Positions 24,996 to 38,553 of a stretch of 64,000 nucleotides of DNA are shown here, piece by piece (positions within the stretch are counted from its first letter, which is position 1; each line of letters starts with the position of its first letter). Where the stretch lies: positions 12,402,001-12,466,000 of the forward strand of contig NC_087250.1 in NCBI RefSeq assembly GCF_037042905.1. The letters run 5' to 3'. The notes under the pieces are model-generated. The model had not been told where the DNA came from, searched no databases, and saw only the letters and a program-made list of their open reading frames with translations. Source of the DNA: Lytechinus pictus (lineage: Eukaryota). A program made the position numbers and the translations under genes.

Positions 24996-26019
24996 TATTC
25001 GAAGAGATGGGTGGCGGCATCGGGATGTTTCATAATTATGGGCGAGGCTGGAGGGGGGTGGCTCTTTAAAATATGACTTCTCCTTTGTCAGTTTAACGAG
25101 AGGGAGTAATATAAAGTTACACGACTCAGAACTCTGTTAACAGTGGGCGTATAAACATTTACTTTTAGCAATGCTGTCAAAAATATGATCTGTTTTCTTG
25201 GAACGTTTAATACAATATTACAAAACCATCAAAAGCGGACCTTTTTATAAGCATTCTAAAACATTCTAAAATAATAACCCCAAAAATGTTACATGAGGAA
25301 TATGATGTTGCCCTATTCTTATGGGAGCGTTATAATTGGGAATAACTTGTGAAATTAATTTCTTAGACCTTCCAGAAATGTTGTTAAGCATTGTGTGCGA
25401 CCTGGCATTGGCTTAATTTGGAACTCATTACCAGTTGCGTTTGAAAATGCTTGGAACTGAGGTTCGGAAATTAAGAAAGATACAGTTCAATAATACGAGA
25501 AAAAAAATTCCCTTTCAACTAGAATTAGTTTTCCCAAAGTGGTATCATTGAAAAATCAAAATTTGCTTTGTATTTCATCCAAGCGCACCCTGTCTGGACG
25601 CCTGAAAGCCTAATAAACTGCATTGTTGTACAGTATTGCAGGAGTGATTGCATATTCGCTTCATTACCCGCGATAAAAAGCAAAAATCAACCGCAAAATT
25701 CATAGATTTGTGCAGACTAACTCACAATGTAAGCGCGTGTACTGACTGAGAGTGGCACCCAAGTGATACGTGCTTGAAACACACATTACAGTTCGAGGTT
25801 CGGAGTTGATACACATCGCTGTACACTTTTTACACTCTGGAAAACGTGCTTATTAATCTAACTCTTTTTCATATCACTGACTCGTGCTTCCGAAATGGCG
25901 CCTTAACGGTCGTGAAATAATATTGTTTCCGTTCAAGTATTCTCCCTAGGAACTCGGTTAACCCGCATCATAGCCAAGCTTTTATTATAACCCATCACAT
26001 ACGAAACATTGTACTTCTC

Positions 26020-26170
26020 AGTTTAATCAGTCATTGCGGCCGACCTTACAGACGAGAGAAATTACTCTTGAGCCTTTTTTCGGTTTAAGTGGAGATATTG
26101 TCGAGCAGGGTTTCGAACTGACAACCTCACAATCATAAGTCCAATGCTCTACCACTAGACCGCATGACCT
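26020..26170 (-). mobile_element. tRNA-SINE head, second family; related copy at about 58420-58550
   Basis: Minus strand TGGTCTAGTGGTAGAGCATTGGAC-like A-box and GTTCGAAACC B-box; the copy at 58.5 kb is homologous. Confidence 0.65.
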
Positions 26171-26559
26171 TCTGTACTGCTCTTGGAGTATTTCTTCTCT
26201 GTTGAATCAATTAAGGCTTGTAAACTATATCTGTTTAGTTTTTTCGACTGTCCTCATTGGTCTAATCGCATTATAGAATCACCTCGGTCTATTTGTTCTT
26301 TGGATTTAAAGACAAACACCTTGAAACGGAAAACAAACTTTGCCAAAGGTTTTATGGTTTATGTGCCAACAGTCTCTAGAAGCGTGTCTATATCGGATCA
26401 ACCTAGTTATGGTCTAAAGACCAAAACATTCATCTGACGTGCTTGACGTTTGGGTCATTATTTCCTCTTTCAAGTAACAGTTGGTAAGTGTGTATTACAT
26501 TTTTTTAAAATAATGTAGCCTTCCCTTTAGCCACGTTATTTCATGTCCTTCAGTACAAT

Positions 26560-27125
26560 TATTTAAAAAAGCTAGAAACATATTCATTTTTTTCAATAAC
26601 GCACTCCAAGTACTTGAAGAGTGGAATTATATGTATTCTATATATTCGATATTCGATAGATTTATTTCCCGTAAATCTATATACAACTGGCCTTGAACTG
26701 CCCCATGCAAAACTGAATATGGCATAAGACGTTTCTTGTTTCAAGGCGAAAAGCTATGGAACAAGTCAGTATCGTACATCCCTCCTAAAACTTCTCTTAC
26801 TACATTCAAGATAATGCTTCGGACCACATTAGTTCAACACTTATTATAATTTCCCCCTTACTGCATGCTACCCCCCCCCCCCCCACCACCACCATCCCAC
26901 TTTTTTGTATTATTTTTTTTATTTGTATAAGTTGTAATTTGTAGTCGTAAGTTGTTTTGTATAGGATTGATTTATGTCTTCTTTTATATAATTATGTATT
27001 TATTTGTATATTGTATGTTTGTATTTCTAAACGTGTACACTGGACCCCTCAGAAGAACAGCCTGTGGCTGAAGAGGGTCATCCAGCCCACGAGTGGAAAA
27101 TAAATGAATAAATAAATAAAATAAA
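26560..27125 (+). mobile_element. Degenerate CR1/L2-type LINE 3' fragment
   Basis: Reads KTEYGIRRFLFQGEKLWN at about 26710-26763, like an ORF2 C-terminal motif. Followed by a T-rich 3'UTR, a stem-loop-like tail and (AATA)n. Confidence 0.5.
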
Positions 27126-27906
27126 TATCATATTGTAAGATGCTTTGAGATTGTTAAGTGATAAAAGTGCTATATAATATGGTAATGTACATGTATATAT
27201 AAACCCCTCAAAAAAGTTGGAAATCTGAGTTTGGCCATTTATTTCTCCCAACTTCCAATTTTACACAATGCATATTTGACATCATTCAAAAGATAATTTA
27301 ATCCTCTTTAAAATGATACCATGCTTGTTAAGATCATGCCATCACGAAAAGAGCAGGATTCAAAAGTGTTGGATGAGGTCTGAATTGAAAAGCCGCAAAA
27401 CGAGCAGAAATAGTCATGAAGGGTCAATACAGAACATGATTCTTTTGTCTGTGTCAATAGAGATGAAAATCCATTCAAATCAAGCCCCTGCTTCTTCATT
27501 TTTTATGTTTTGTTGTGGTTTATGTAGTGATGGTTTGTTTGTTTGTTATGTGTTTGCTTGTGCAGAGGTGTGTTTGATTCCATGTTAATGTTGATGTTAA
27601 TCTGCACGAAAACAATTAAAAGACACCGCTGAGAAACTCACTCATCACCACGGAAAAAAGAACAGTGACTTTCAATATTGTGTCATTTGCAACTTTTGAA
27701 CTTTGACCTTGCCCCACATTTCAAGGCACTGCACCTCCTTGTGAACCATAATCATATCATGGAGGGTATCATTTCAAAAACAATTAAATGATCTATTCAT
27801 TAATATTAATTAAAGACGTTGTGATATTTAGTACAACCGAGGAGGGACTATCGATCAAAATCAGATTTCCAAACTTTATTTTTTTTGAGGAGTTTATATA
27901 TATATT

Positions 27907-27937
<31 letters not shown>

Positions 27938-27953
27938 ATGTACATATATATAA

Positions 27954-27990
<37 letters not shown>

Positions 27991-29857
27991 ATACTGTACT
28001 TTAACAATAAAGCGTTGCATGAGAATTTGTGTTGCAATTTTGTATGTTTAATCTGGAAAGTTCTCAATCGGCCTCCAAAGCGTTAGCTGTTTTTGCCAAT
28101 TTATTTTTCTGTTTCCAAATAGTTATGCCCCAGCAGCAGTGGAGTCAGTGTTTGGGCGCCACGAATAGACTTAAAAGCATGCTGGTGTATTTTTATGCCT
28201 AGCAATGCAAACGTGCGTTCCTAAAATGTTTATAATCCTATAGGCCTATATCTCACGCCCACGCTATTAATTTATACCAAATGCGGTGATGATTGCACAA
28301 TCTTATTTATTGCAAATTAGTTGACTACTTTTACTTTGCTTGTATTTTGTTGAAGCAAAATTAGTAATTGAAATGAAATGAAATTTCGAACATCGCGCTG
28401 CCCCCCGGGCTTTGCTTGGAAGGAACACATTGTGAGCACAGTGTCACATATTGGACGTTGTGAAAATATTATTCACACTTTAAAATTGCTCGAATTCAAC
28501 ATTTTCACACTGCATGTGGACACCTCAGTGTGACTGTTCACAGCACGTTAACATGGTCGACTATGTGAATGTGTGACTCATACTGTTGAAATTCTTAAAA
28601 TTAACGAGTAGGGGATTTCTCATTGTGTTCCACACTTTGAACACATTGTCAAGTTTACGGCGATGTACTTTCATGTTGTACATAATCTGATTCCGTAATT
28701 ATGGGCTTTTGATGTGACTATTAAATTGTAATTTTTTTTACGTGCCGCGTTCTATAACGATCGAAACCTCATTTCCCCTATTATGTACACGGTTTCATTA
28801 TGTGGGTTCATTATGGGTTTACCCATGTGGGTCCCATATGGGTTTACATGGGGCATATTGCACATATCAGTGGGGCCTATATGGGTTCCATGTGGGTTTT
28901 ACATAGTACATATGAGGCCCAGATGGCCCATACTATAAAACCAATATTGGCACCAGTTACTTTGCTATCTGACTCTGTTCTTCCATGCAGTAGCCATGTA
29001 ATCTCACCTCCAAAACAAGGGGAAAACCACATTCCATATGATTCATGATTCAAAGAATGTAAGAATTGTCATGTAAAAGTCATTTATTCGTAATGATATC
29101 CAATCGGGTCTCTGCATTATGGTCGCTTATCAGTTTTCGTGTAGGCCTATAGAACGCAAACATTGTTCAAAGACAGGCTTTGTAACATCCAGTTGAGACA
29201 AGAAAAACTATAAGTTTACTTCTAAGCACTAAGATTACATTGACAACCGGGTAGGACTTTTAAAATGCCAGAAACAACAACAAAACAAAAAACAAGCGAA
29301 ATAAAACAAGGGGGGGTCTGTGGGCTGTTTCACAAAGCCGTTCGTGAATGAAACAGTAGGAAAGTTAAGTTCCAAAATACTGAGAACCCAAAATTTGCCA
29401 TGAAATTCCCACGAAATATGTATTTTTCATTATATGCGACAAGTGTGGGTTTTCGTGTTTTCCACAGTTATTCAATAACTGTTAATCAACATCGGATTAT
29501 TTCTTTGTACTTCAGCTAAACCCCATGTCAATATTCCAGGTTTTTTTTCGAAAAGCTATGCTTTCTATTTTATTTTGATCAGAACCATATTGCCGGAATG
29601 ATTACTGCATTAGTGTCCGATTTAGACTTTGATTCTGCTTTAACATTTTAATTTGACTTTTTGGTATGTCGGTCATATAAGGTGTTGTTCCTGTCATTAT
29701 CACCTTTAGCCCTTTATGCGCTGATGTTGCAATTTTGCACATAAGTACAATTAAATTCAACAATCGTAATAATTAGTTTTCTCCCCTACCTTCAAATTAT
29801 AACCCTTGGATAACATCTACATAATAATAAGTATCAATGGTGCAATATGGATATAAT

Positions 29858-30166
29858 AGGCCCATATTCTGAAGTCAGGTTTAACTTAAACTCAGGTTTA
29901 AAGTTGTGGTTTAAGTATGGAGAGCCAATTGTTACATAAATCACTAACAGTAGAGATATCATACTTTAGCTCATTTGGCTCTCAAATCATTCATAATTGT
30001 CTAGGAAGTATAAAAAGATTATTCACCATCGATGCATCAGGAAAGAGCACAGTAAACATAAGAAACATACAACTTAATAAATTTTTTTGATACTTTTGGC
30101 TTCCCATACTTAAACCACAACTTTAAACCCGAGTTTAAGTTAAACCCGACTTCCGAATACGGGCCC
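29858..30166. mobile_element. GGGCC-ended MITE, intact copy; disrupted copy at 5419-6876
   Basis: TIR GGCCCATATTCTGAAGTCAGGTTTAACTTAAAC / GTTTAAGTTAAACCCGACTTCCGAATACGGGCC. Confidence 0.8.
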
Positions 30167-31055
30167 TTGAATTAAAGAAAATAACATGGAAACAATTGTC
30201 ATTACTATCCCCCATAATTAAATCTGCATTAATAGTTAAACAAATACCGCAACGGTTTTTATTTATCTGCAGGCCTGCAATTATACATCATTAATCAAAT
30301 GTTTACAATAAAAGTATGGTTTGAATACTGTAATAAACACTGTAACTGAGGGATACGGTTTACCGCCTTGTAACCCCATATTTGCAGACGAAAATTTTGA
30401 TAAATATTTCACTACTATCGGAAAACAATATACAGACATTCCAAAAACCAGACCTTTTCATTACCCCAGCTGTTATCCTACATAGATACTTTGTTCTAGA
30501 TGAACATGCTCTAAGCTTATATTTCTAATTGAATGTAGGTATATTGTTTGATATCCATGGCCATATGGAAGATCAAGTCTTGTTGAATGAGCTACCCTGG
30601 TGAAATACAGATTAGTAAATCAATAAATAAATGAATGAATAAATAAATAACAAGAAAAAGAAAATGTAATAATTAATATTTCAATAAATAAGAAAGCAAT
30701 TGAACTTTAAAAAATCGATAAATAGGTAAAGAAAATAAGACGATGAATGAATAAATATGAAGTTTACTTGGCTTGGATGGTGTATGCATTATTGTTTTGA
30801 GATAGACATATTAGTATATGATATCTATTTTCTTACATCTCTTTTTTTTACATAAAGGTCTTTTGGAGGATGACTCTTGGCATGGAATCGGACTTCCGAG
30901 ACTGTTGATAACATTATCGTCAGGAAATGTTTTCTCTGGAATATATGGATTTGATTCGAGCCACAACTTAAACCGTAATGCTAGGGAAGAAATGGAAGAA
31001 GCTAAATACATGTACATCATATTGTTGTACCTCAATTATGACGTCATCAATGTAG

Positions 31056-31132
31056 GACTGAGGACTTTCATAGTGCGATTCGAACCCTAGACGTGGAGTC
31101 CGAGAGCTCCGTTTCCCAGATGGCTTGTTATG
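31056..31132 (+). CDS. Candidate upstream RASEF exon
   Basis: Strong donor G|gtgagt. ATG GCT TGT TAT G (31120-31132) ends in phase 1, which fits the acceptor at 37101. The 5' boundary is uncertain. Confidence 0.4.
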
Positions 31133-31236
31133 GTGAGTATATAGCGTCTACTTAAAACAAAGGAGGAATATTAGAAAAGGAGAGGACGGATTCGTGACTC
31201 GACCTGTTATTCAAATGAAAAAAGTGCATAATGATG

Positions 31237-31385
31237 TAGGGGCCGCGGAACGGTTTTCAAAGTGGGGGGGGGGGCTGACCATGCAAAAAATCACAATCTT
31301 ATGGTCATTCTTACGTTTTTGTACACGGTTTTGGAAAAAAAAGTGGGGGCTGAAGCCCCCCAGCCCCCCGCTTCCGTTGCCCCTG
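31237..31385. mobile_element. Short hAT-like MITE
   Basis: AGGGGCCGCGGAA / TTCCGTTGCCCCT ends with poly-G/C runs; TSD not evident. Confidence 0.5.
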
Positions 31386-32835
31386 TGACGTCACAATAAG
31401 ATCGGCTCCCTTATGTTGTTGTGCTCCGCGCGTGTGAAAGAGAGGGGCTTTATTATGTCTTTGCTTTTTGCTGTTTTTTTAATTATATGTTCGCTAAATA
31501 AATTAGTATTTGAAAGCAAGTCCAGTCGATATTGTGTAATTTCAGCAAGTGTATGGTCTTCCCCTTCTGGGAAGGACACACTGGAAAGAAACCTGTGTCT
31601 CACAGTGTGTTAACAGGTTTTTTTTTCTGTTTTGGACGCGGGTATCAAAAACACCGTTTTTCAAGCAAAAGGGTGGTTTTGAAAGACTGGTCAATGGTCA
31701 ATCGCAGCTCCAAATCAAAGCAATGGTATTGAAAAATAGTAATACCTTTATACCGTTTATACTGCATCTACTGGAAAAATACAGTTGTTCCTGCAGTCAA
31801 GTTTCCAGGTCTATCTTGTTGTCTTCCTATCTTGTTGTCTTCCTAGCTTGTTGTCTTCCTAGCTTGGATAAGTTCGAAAACTGAGTATGTGCTATTTGTG
31901 CAATGTTCTGACTGTTCTGACTGTTCTGACTGTTGCCAACTCAACACAAGACAGAAGAAGGAGCGGGGTCAAACGTATTTAGCTAGGGTATGTTTTTTCC
32001 AAAGCTTTTTTTAAGACTAGCCAAGCGTGTTTAGGGTATGTTTTTCCCCTAGGTTTTTCGCCGGGGTCATATTCTGGCGACAACTTGTTTAGGGGCCAAA
32101 ATGTATAATAAAGCCCGCGAAAAACTTGTTTAGGGGGTTATTTTGCACACAGAGAAAAAAACTCGTTTAGGGGATGTTTGGAAATAATTTGGTCACGCAT
32201 GTGTAGCGCAATACATTTGACTGCCCCCTCCCCCGGGTATACACCCCATATATTCGACAGCGAAATATCAGAAAAGCCGGGCTGGCCTATTTAGCTATGT
32301 GGGCTTGTTTATTCCAAACAAGTTCATACACCTCTTCCACATACCTATTCACACCCACGTCACTCTAGCATTGATAATACACGGATTATCCCATTGCCCC
32401 CAAACACGAGTTAAGGCGCTTTAGCGATCGATTTACAAGAAACTATTGATTAAAACTTTAAAAAAGAATTAAGATCGTGGCTCCACGCCTATTCACCTCA
32501 ATCGCCTTGTACCTCTTTTCATGTACTGCTCGGGGGTTCTATTCGAAAAATCTATCTGTGATTACTCAGGTATCAAAAACGAGAAGAAAACTGCACGCAA
32601 GTTGGGACATTGTATGAAGAAACGCACTCAAATCTTATTCAAAACCGCTCGACCCTGGGGTAAAACCACATGAAATCTTTGGTGTTTTTGTTCAAAATGC
32701 TGGCGGCTGTCTGCAACACATGATGCCTATGTTCTCGTAGAAACGCAGGGCTGTTTCAGTATATGGTTTGTTTTCCCGTTTGGAACTGTGCGTTTTGGAG
32801 GATCATAATAAATTTGGAATATATACCACTCGACG

Positions 32836-32866
32836 ATGCTGCGTCTTTTGATACCCTGTAACGACG
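32836..32866 (+). CDS. Second candidate first coding exon of RASEF
   Basis: ATG...MLRLLIPCND G|gtatgt ends in phase 1, also compatible with 37101. It is preceded by non-repetitive UTR-like sequence. Confidence 0.3.
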
Positions 32867-34258
32867 GTATGTAGTCCCGTATCCATGAAGCTCCTAAAGC
32901 TATATATGTACATGATGTATAACACCATGTACATGAAGCTCCTAAATCTACATGTATAATCCTTCTATTGATATGTTTTTTTATAATATCATATTAATGT
33001 AGTCGAAGTATAATGCCTTGAATGCATGCATCTTTAATTTACCTTGAAGGCCATAATTCATCTCATTTTTTCATATCGAACTTGGACGACAACGACGGCG
33101 AATGCCATTAATTCATTAATGTTAATGACGGTGAGGGTTGAAGGGTTAAGGCAGGGGGCGGCAGTGTTAGGGACGGGGGTTGCTGGGACAATTAGATCTG
33201 GAATTGAAGGAATGATTTTTGCCTCGATAGTTTTTTTTTTCAGTCAGTCCACTGCACTCTGACTGAAGTTGTTTTTGTTTTTGTTTTATTTTTTGTTTTA
33301 TTTTTACTTCCAATCTACTTTTTTTTTCTTAGTCACCTTAGGAGGAATCCTGTCTTTATTATAAATTCTGTCATATCTGGCCATATTGTAATCATATTAA
33401 TTTGGAGAGGAATGGATAGGGAAAAAAGAACAAGAAAACTTATTTTACCAAACACTTCACTTCACATAACCATCATTAATTGTCTAGATTAGGGAGGGGC
33501 GGTGTTACAATTGTGTTGATTTTGCAACAATAAAAAAAAAAAAGAAGCAAAATCAGTATTTTGATATTTGCAGAATTTCAACATATGTACTTTTCTATGC
33601 GTATAATGAGCTTATTTAGCTTGCTGATAATAATATTGCCCTTTCATCATGTTCATTTTCCATTAGCCATCAGTCAATAGTGACACCATCCAGCGATTTC
33701 TTTCAGTGTCATCATCGTCCATTTCATTGTCATCTCTCACGAAGCGATTCCCCACCCATGATCCCGATTCTTTCCATATTTAATCCATCAACCGTGATCG
33801 TCATCTATATCTTCTTCGTCATCCTTCCGTGGTCATTGATCCTCGATATCCTGATCAAAGCAAGCTTTGTCTTCCCCCTCATTATCGTCATCATCCATTT
33901 CATGAATACCATGTCAGGTACATCAGCGTTTGCTGTGTGATGTGTTGAATCCTTCCTAACGAGTCCCTTAAGGTCTAATAATGTGGATTTTGTCAAAACA
34001 TTAAAAGCTAACTAACATTTTTATTCTTTTTTTCTTCTTCTTAGTTGTGCATTTTTTTCTCTCTGAGGGAGTGAGTGTTTTATAATACCTTGGATGTAGG
34101 CATTTAAAGTTAATAACTTATTTGCCTCTCGACGGCTTCTCACGAAGAGTTCTGAACACTTTTAACTTTATATCAATTTGTTTTGTTTGTTTGATGTGTC
34201 CATTGCGATGATGATTTTAAAGTAACGTAAATGCTATATGATTGATAGACATACACTG

Positions 34259-34513
34259 CACTCTAAAAAAACATTGAGTAAAATGCTCCAGGAGGGTAAT
34301 TATTTGTCCAACCCACATTGGGCATTTCGTTTGGGAATTTTTATTTATCCAGTGTGATGAAAATTACGCCCATTCTAAAGTAATTGCTGCTTTTTATTTT
34401 AACCTTACTGGACAATATGCTTCCCACATTGGGTAAAATACTTCCCAAAATTGGTTGGACACATAATTACCCTCGTGCTGGTTAAGATTTTACCCAATAT
34501 TTTTTTTCCAGTG
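34259..34513. mobile_element. CACT-ended MITE
   Basis: CACTCTAAAAA...TTTTTCCAGTG; an opposite-orientation homologue lies at 59224-59475. Confidence 0.75.
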
Positions 34514-37100
34514 ATGAGGAGGAGGAGGATGATAAGAAGAAGAAGAAAAGTTTTTAGTGTTTGTATTAATATTTGTTCAGTGGAACCATTAATTTTCTTT
34601 CAAGATATCCTTCTTCTACCCTTTCTGTGAAAGCCATATTTATCACCAATAAGGCCAAGATAACGTGTATTTGATTTCAATGCTTTACAATTAGTAAAAC
34701 AAAAAAATTGAGGGTCCCTGACGTGACGTATGGGGTAAAATTTCAACACCCCCCCCCCCCAAAAAAAAAAAACGCTGCGAGAGAGCAAACCTTTTGACCC
34801 TTTCAATACATGTACAAAGTATCTAATTTCGTGATAGATTTGAACATAATATTCAGAAAATAATATCATATTTCATCTTTCTCCTTTCATTTTCTTTCCT
34901 TTTTTTCTTAGTTGTGATTTTTTTGGGGTCCACACCCTCAAGCCCCACCCCCTTCTGTACGCCGATGCTTGGTCTGACACGACTGTTGAGATAAAGTTTG
35001 CAAGATCAGATCTGTGATGTTGGCTATCATCATCATATTGATTTCCTTCAACATCGGTTCCTCTAGACAGAACAAAATGACATTTAGGTCCCACCCTTTT
35101 ACCATTCACTGACCTTCTTTACCTACAACTGCATTATGTTACACCAGTGAATGAGTTTGAGCATTTACCCAGTTATGTTAGGACCTTTTCACACGTGAAT
35201 CTTGAATGATGATTGCAGGCGTTCGTGATTCAAATCATGTTCTAGTCTGGTTCCACACATGCTAAAAATTCGTCATCAGCCTTATTTTCACTGGAATCAT
35301 TCAAATTAGATTTTTTTTTTCCGTGTGAAAGGGCGGTTAGATAGAAGGCCTTTCCATACGTGAATCTTGAATCATCATTGTAATGATGATTGTTATTGTA
35401 ATCGTGACTGTGATTAGCGTTCGTGATTCTAATCATGTTCTAGTTTGGTTTCACACGTATTGTACTCAAAATTCGCCATTAGCCTTAATTTTCATTGGAA
35501 TCATCATTCAAATTACGATTTTTTTTACCGTGTGAATGGGCGGTTAGCTAGAGTTGTGAACATGGTGAATAGCCTAGCATTTTTAATTCCATACTTCAAT
35601 TCGATTGCTTGAATGGAGTTATATTTGCCGAATATGAACATAATTATGCTATTCATCTTACTTATCTGTATAATCTTACACTGTTTAATATGTTGTTTTA
35701 CGCACACTATTGATTTATAGTCATTGTTTCACCCAAATGTCCATTTCCTATAGTGCCCCTATTAATTCAGGACTTTCATTTCAGTGGTTTTTATCAGTGA
35801 TAAATACGACTTGCAGTTTATAACTATATTTTTCCGTTCTGATAACTTTAGCATTTTAGACATTTTCGTGTTATCATATATGTAAAACTAGTTGTTTGTT
35901 CATGTTACTAATCATTGCCTAGATAATGACTAAGAATTTGATTTTATTTACATGTATGGTATTGATTATTTTTGTTAAAATCTTGATTCTGTTATCATCA
36001 GGTCATTGATGAAAAACTGTTTTTATGCTGATCTTTTGTAACTGACTAAATTATATTCTAATGAATAAATATATAAATAAACAAATAAATTAATAAATAA
36101 GTAAATAAGTAAATGAATAAATAAGTTAAAGGAATAAATAAATAAAAGAATGAATGAATAAATAAATAAATAAATGAATAAATAGATAGATGAATAAATA
36201 AATAAATATATACATATAAATAAATACATACATAAAGTAATATCTCAGTTTAACGAGTTGCTTACTAAAGGTGCTATCCATATGCAAAGGCAATTGGATT
36301 TAAGAGATCTACTATTCAATGTGTTAATGATATCATAAACACGTATTAGATTAATCTTATTTATGTTATGCGAAAGCCACACTGGTGAATGCGTCCCCCC
36401 CCCCCCCATACCATCCAAATTTATTACATCGTTTCTAATGTCACGCATTAGGTTGGACAATAGTGCAGGTAGGTGTTTCATAAAGCTGTTTGTAAGTTAC
36501 GAGCGACTTAACAAACGACTTATGATCGTTTCTTAGGTGCTGAATAATCATCAATGAAAATTCGGCGCATATTAATTTGAAACAAGAAAGGATCACCAGT
36601 CGCTCATAATTTACCAACAGCGTTATGAAACACCCACCGGTTCTTGTAAGTGACCGTAGCATAAACAAGTTAGATTGTTTTAATACGTGTTCATAGTAGC
36701 ATTAACACATTGACTAGCATATGTCTTAAAGCCAATTGAGCCAATTGTATTTTCGTAGGGAAAATCCCGTTTTAGTGAGCAACCGGTTAAAACCAGGATT
36801 ACACCAAAACCGAATTCTCCCGAATAAAATTCGGACCGATTCTAGCCGAATTAGTCCTAATTCGGATGGTTCCGGTGGATTCGAATGTTTCTGAATCCTT
36901 GCTGAATTTTCTCGCATTCACGGAAGGAGACCAGAATACTCCCATAACCACCCAAATACGTGTATTCGGATGGATTCGCAGCTTATTCGTTTCCGGTGTA
37001 ACCCGGCCTTCCTCGACATAAAGGTAGGTTCAGGGATATCCCTGGTAGGTTATAAGAATCCAGAATCCATTGTAAACTTGTTTAATCTACTTTCTTGTAG

Positions 37101-37294
37101 GTTCAAGGGCGTCATCGGATAACCTGGAAGCACCTACAGATATGGGCAGCGCCACCAACGGTGGTCCAAGTCCAGAGGCCATTCAGCAGTTGTTTGATGC
37201 ATGTGATTTGGATGGTAACGGGTATATCGAATGGGAAGAGCTGGAGATGGTCTGCGAGAATCTGGACAGAGATGAACTCGAGCATATATTTGAG
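37101..37294 (+). CDS. RASEF: RASEF alternative N-terminal module A, exon 1 (EF-hand 1)
   Basis: ttgtag acceptor, in-frame ATG at 37142, GAG|gtcagt donor. Reads IQQLFDACDLDGNGYIEWEELEMVC, a canonical EF loop. Confidence 0.85.
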
Positions 37295-37914
37295 GTCAGT
37301 GGTGATTCTGCAAATCGGAATATTGGAAGGTGGGGGGGGGGGGGGGGGGGCGGTGGCCTCCAATGTGACAAATAGTTTAAGGTACTGTGTGATCGAAGAA
37401 AGATTAGCTGTTACTTGTTTAGGTCATGCTGGTAAGTGGACACTAAACGAGTAATTATTTCTTTGATCTGAGAGTACCTTAAAGTATTTTTCACATTATC
37501 CCACCGTAAACGATGTCTCGAATATTCTGCAAAGACTAGCTGCCTTGTAAAGAGTGCCAGGTTTGAGTCAAATATACCTACTTCCTAGCCTTAACTAGCA
37601 GCCTTAATTGCACCACCCAAAGTCCTCAATTTCTCATAGCTGGCCAGGTTTCTAACCATGACATCCCGAGCAATATAGTCTTACAAAATATAAGCCCACT
37701 TGAAAGATTTTCACACCAAATAATAATCCTGTTACCAAGCTGAAAAAAGGTACCCTTCCTTTAAAAAAAACATTCACGTTTATCTATACAAATTAAATTA
37801 TTGGCTGCTTTATTTTCTGTATTATCTCAAAAGGAATATCGACTAGCTATTTATAACAAACAGTCAATAAGCGATCACCCGTTTTTTTCAATTCGTCTTA
37901 TGCAAATTCTCCCA

Positions 37915-38275
37915 ATTGCCAACTCGTCCAATATCGTTTGGTCTACCATCAGTTCGTCCACTATACACATGGTCTAATAGCCAATTCGTCATCTCACCAT
38001 TTCGTCTAATAACCAGTTGGTCCATTCGTCATTTAGTCCATTTTGGTCTAATTGGACTAAATGTTAATTGTGCAAAATGAACGAAAATGAAATTGGAATG
38101 ATATTAGAACAACTGGTTATGAGACGAAATGGTCATAGACGAAATGGTGATTAGACGAAGTGATGATCGGACCAAATTTATGATTGTTTGACGAAATGTT
38201 GGTGGATGGAATAGCATTAGACTAAATGAAAGTAGACCAAGTGGTGAGTGGACGAGTTGGCAGTAGACGAATTGT
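37915..38275. mobile_element. Foldback-like MITE with internal short repeats
   Basis: GCCAACTCGTCCA / TGGACGAGTTGGC ends; repeated TAGACGAAATGG motifs and their complements. Confidence 0.65.
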
Positions 38276-38365
38276 CAATTTCACAATCACCCACACCGAT
38301 TGGTCAGTTCGGCCCTCCTTCAAATGATTCTTCTTCTATGTTTTCCATTTTTTTTTAAATTCTAG

Positions 38366-38553
38366 GCTTTAGATGGAGATGGTGATGGGCGAATCAGTAT
38401 CACCGATTTCACTGAAGGTTTCCACAGTGTCAGTGAAGCTCTCCTGTCCGTCAGCCGTCGTAGGCGGCGCCAGCAATATCTACAGGATTATGACAGTGAA
38501 GAATTTGAGGTCTTTCTGCAACAATTGGGACCTGATTTTGACCTCGTGTCATG
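38366..38553 (+). CDS. RASEF: RASEF module A, exon 2 (EF-hand 2)
   Basis: ttctag acceptor, TG|gtgagt donor (phase 2). Reads ALDGDGDGRISITDFTEGF...FLQQLGPDFDLVS. Confidence 0.85.

Noticed and set aside
30818..31090. 90-aa ORF as an independent gene
   Set aside because: No recognisable domain; more likely UTR or leader sequence of RASEF.
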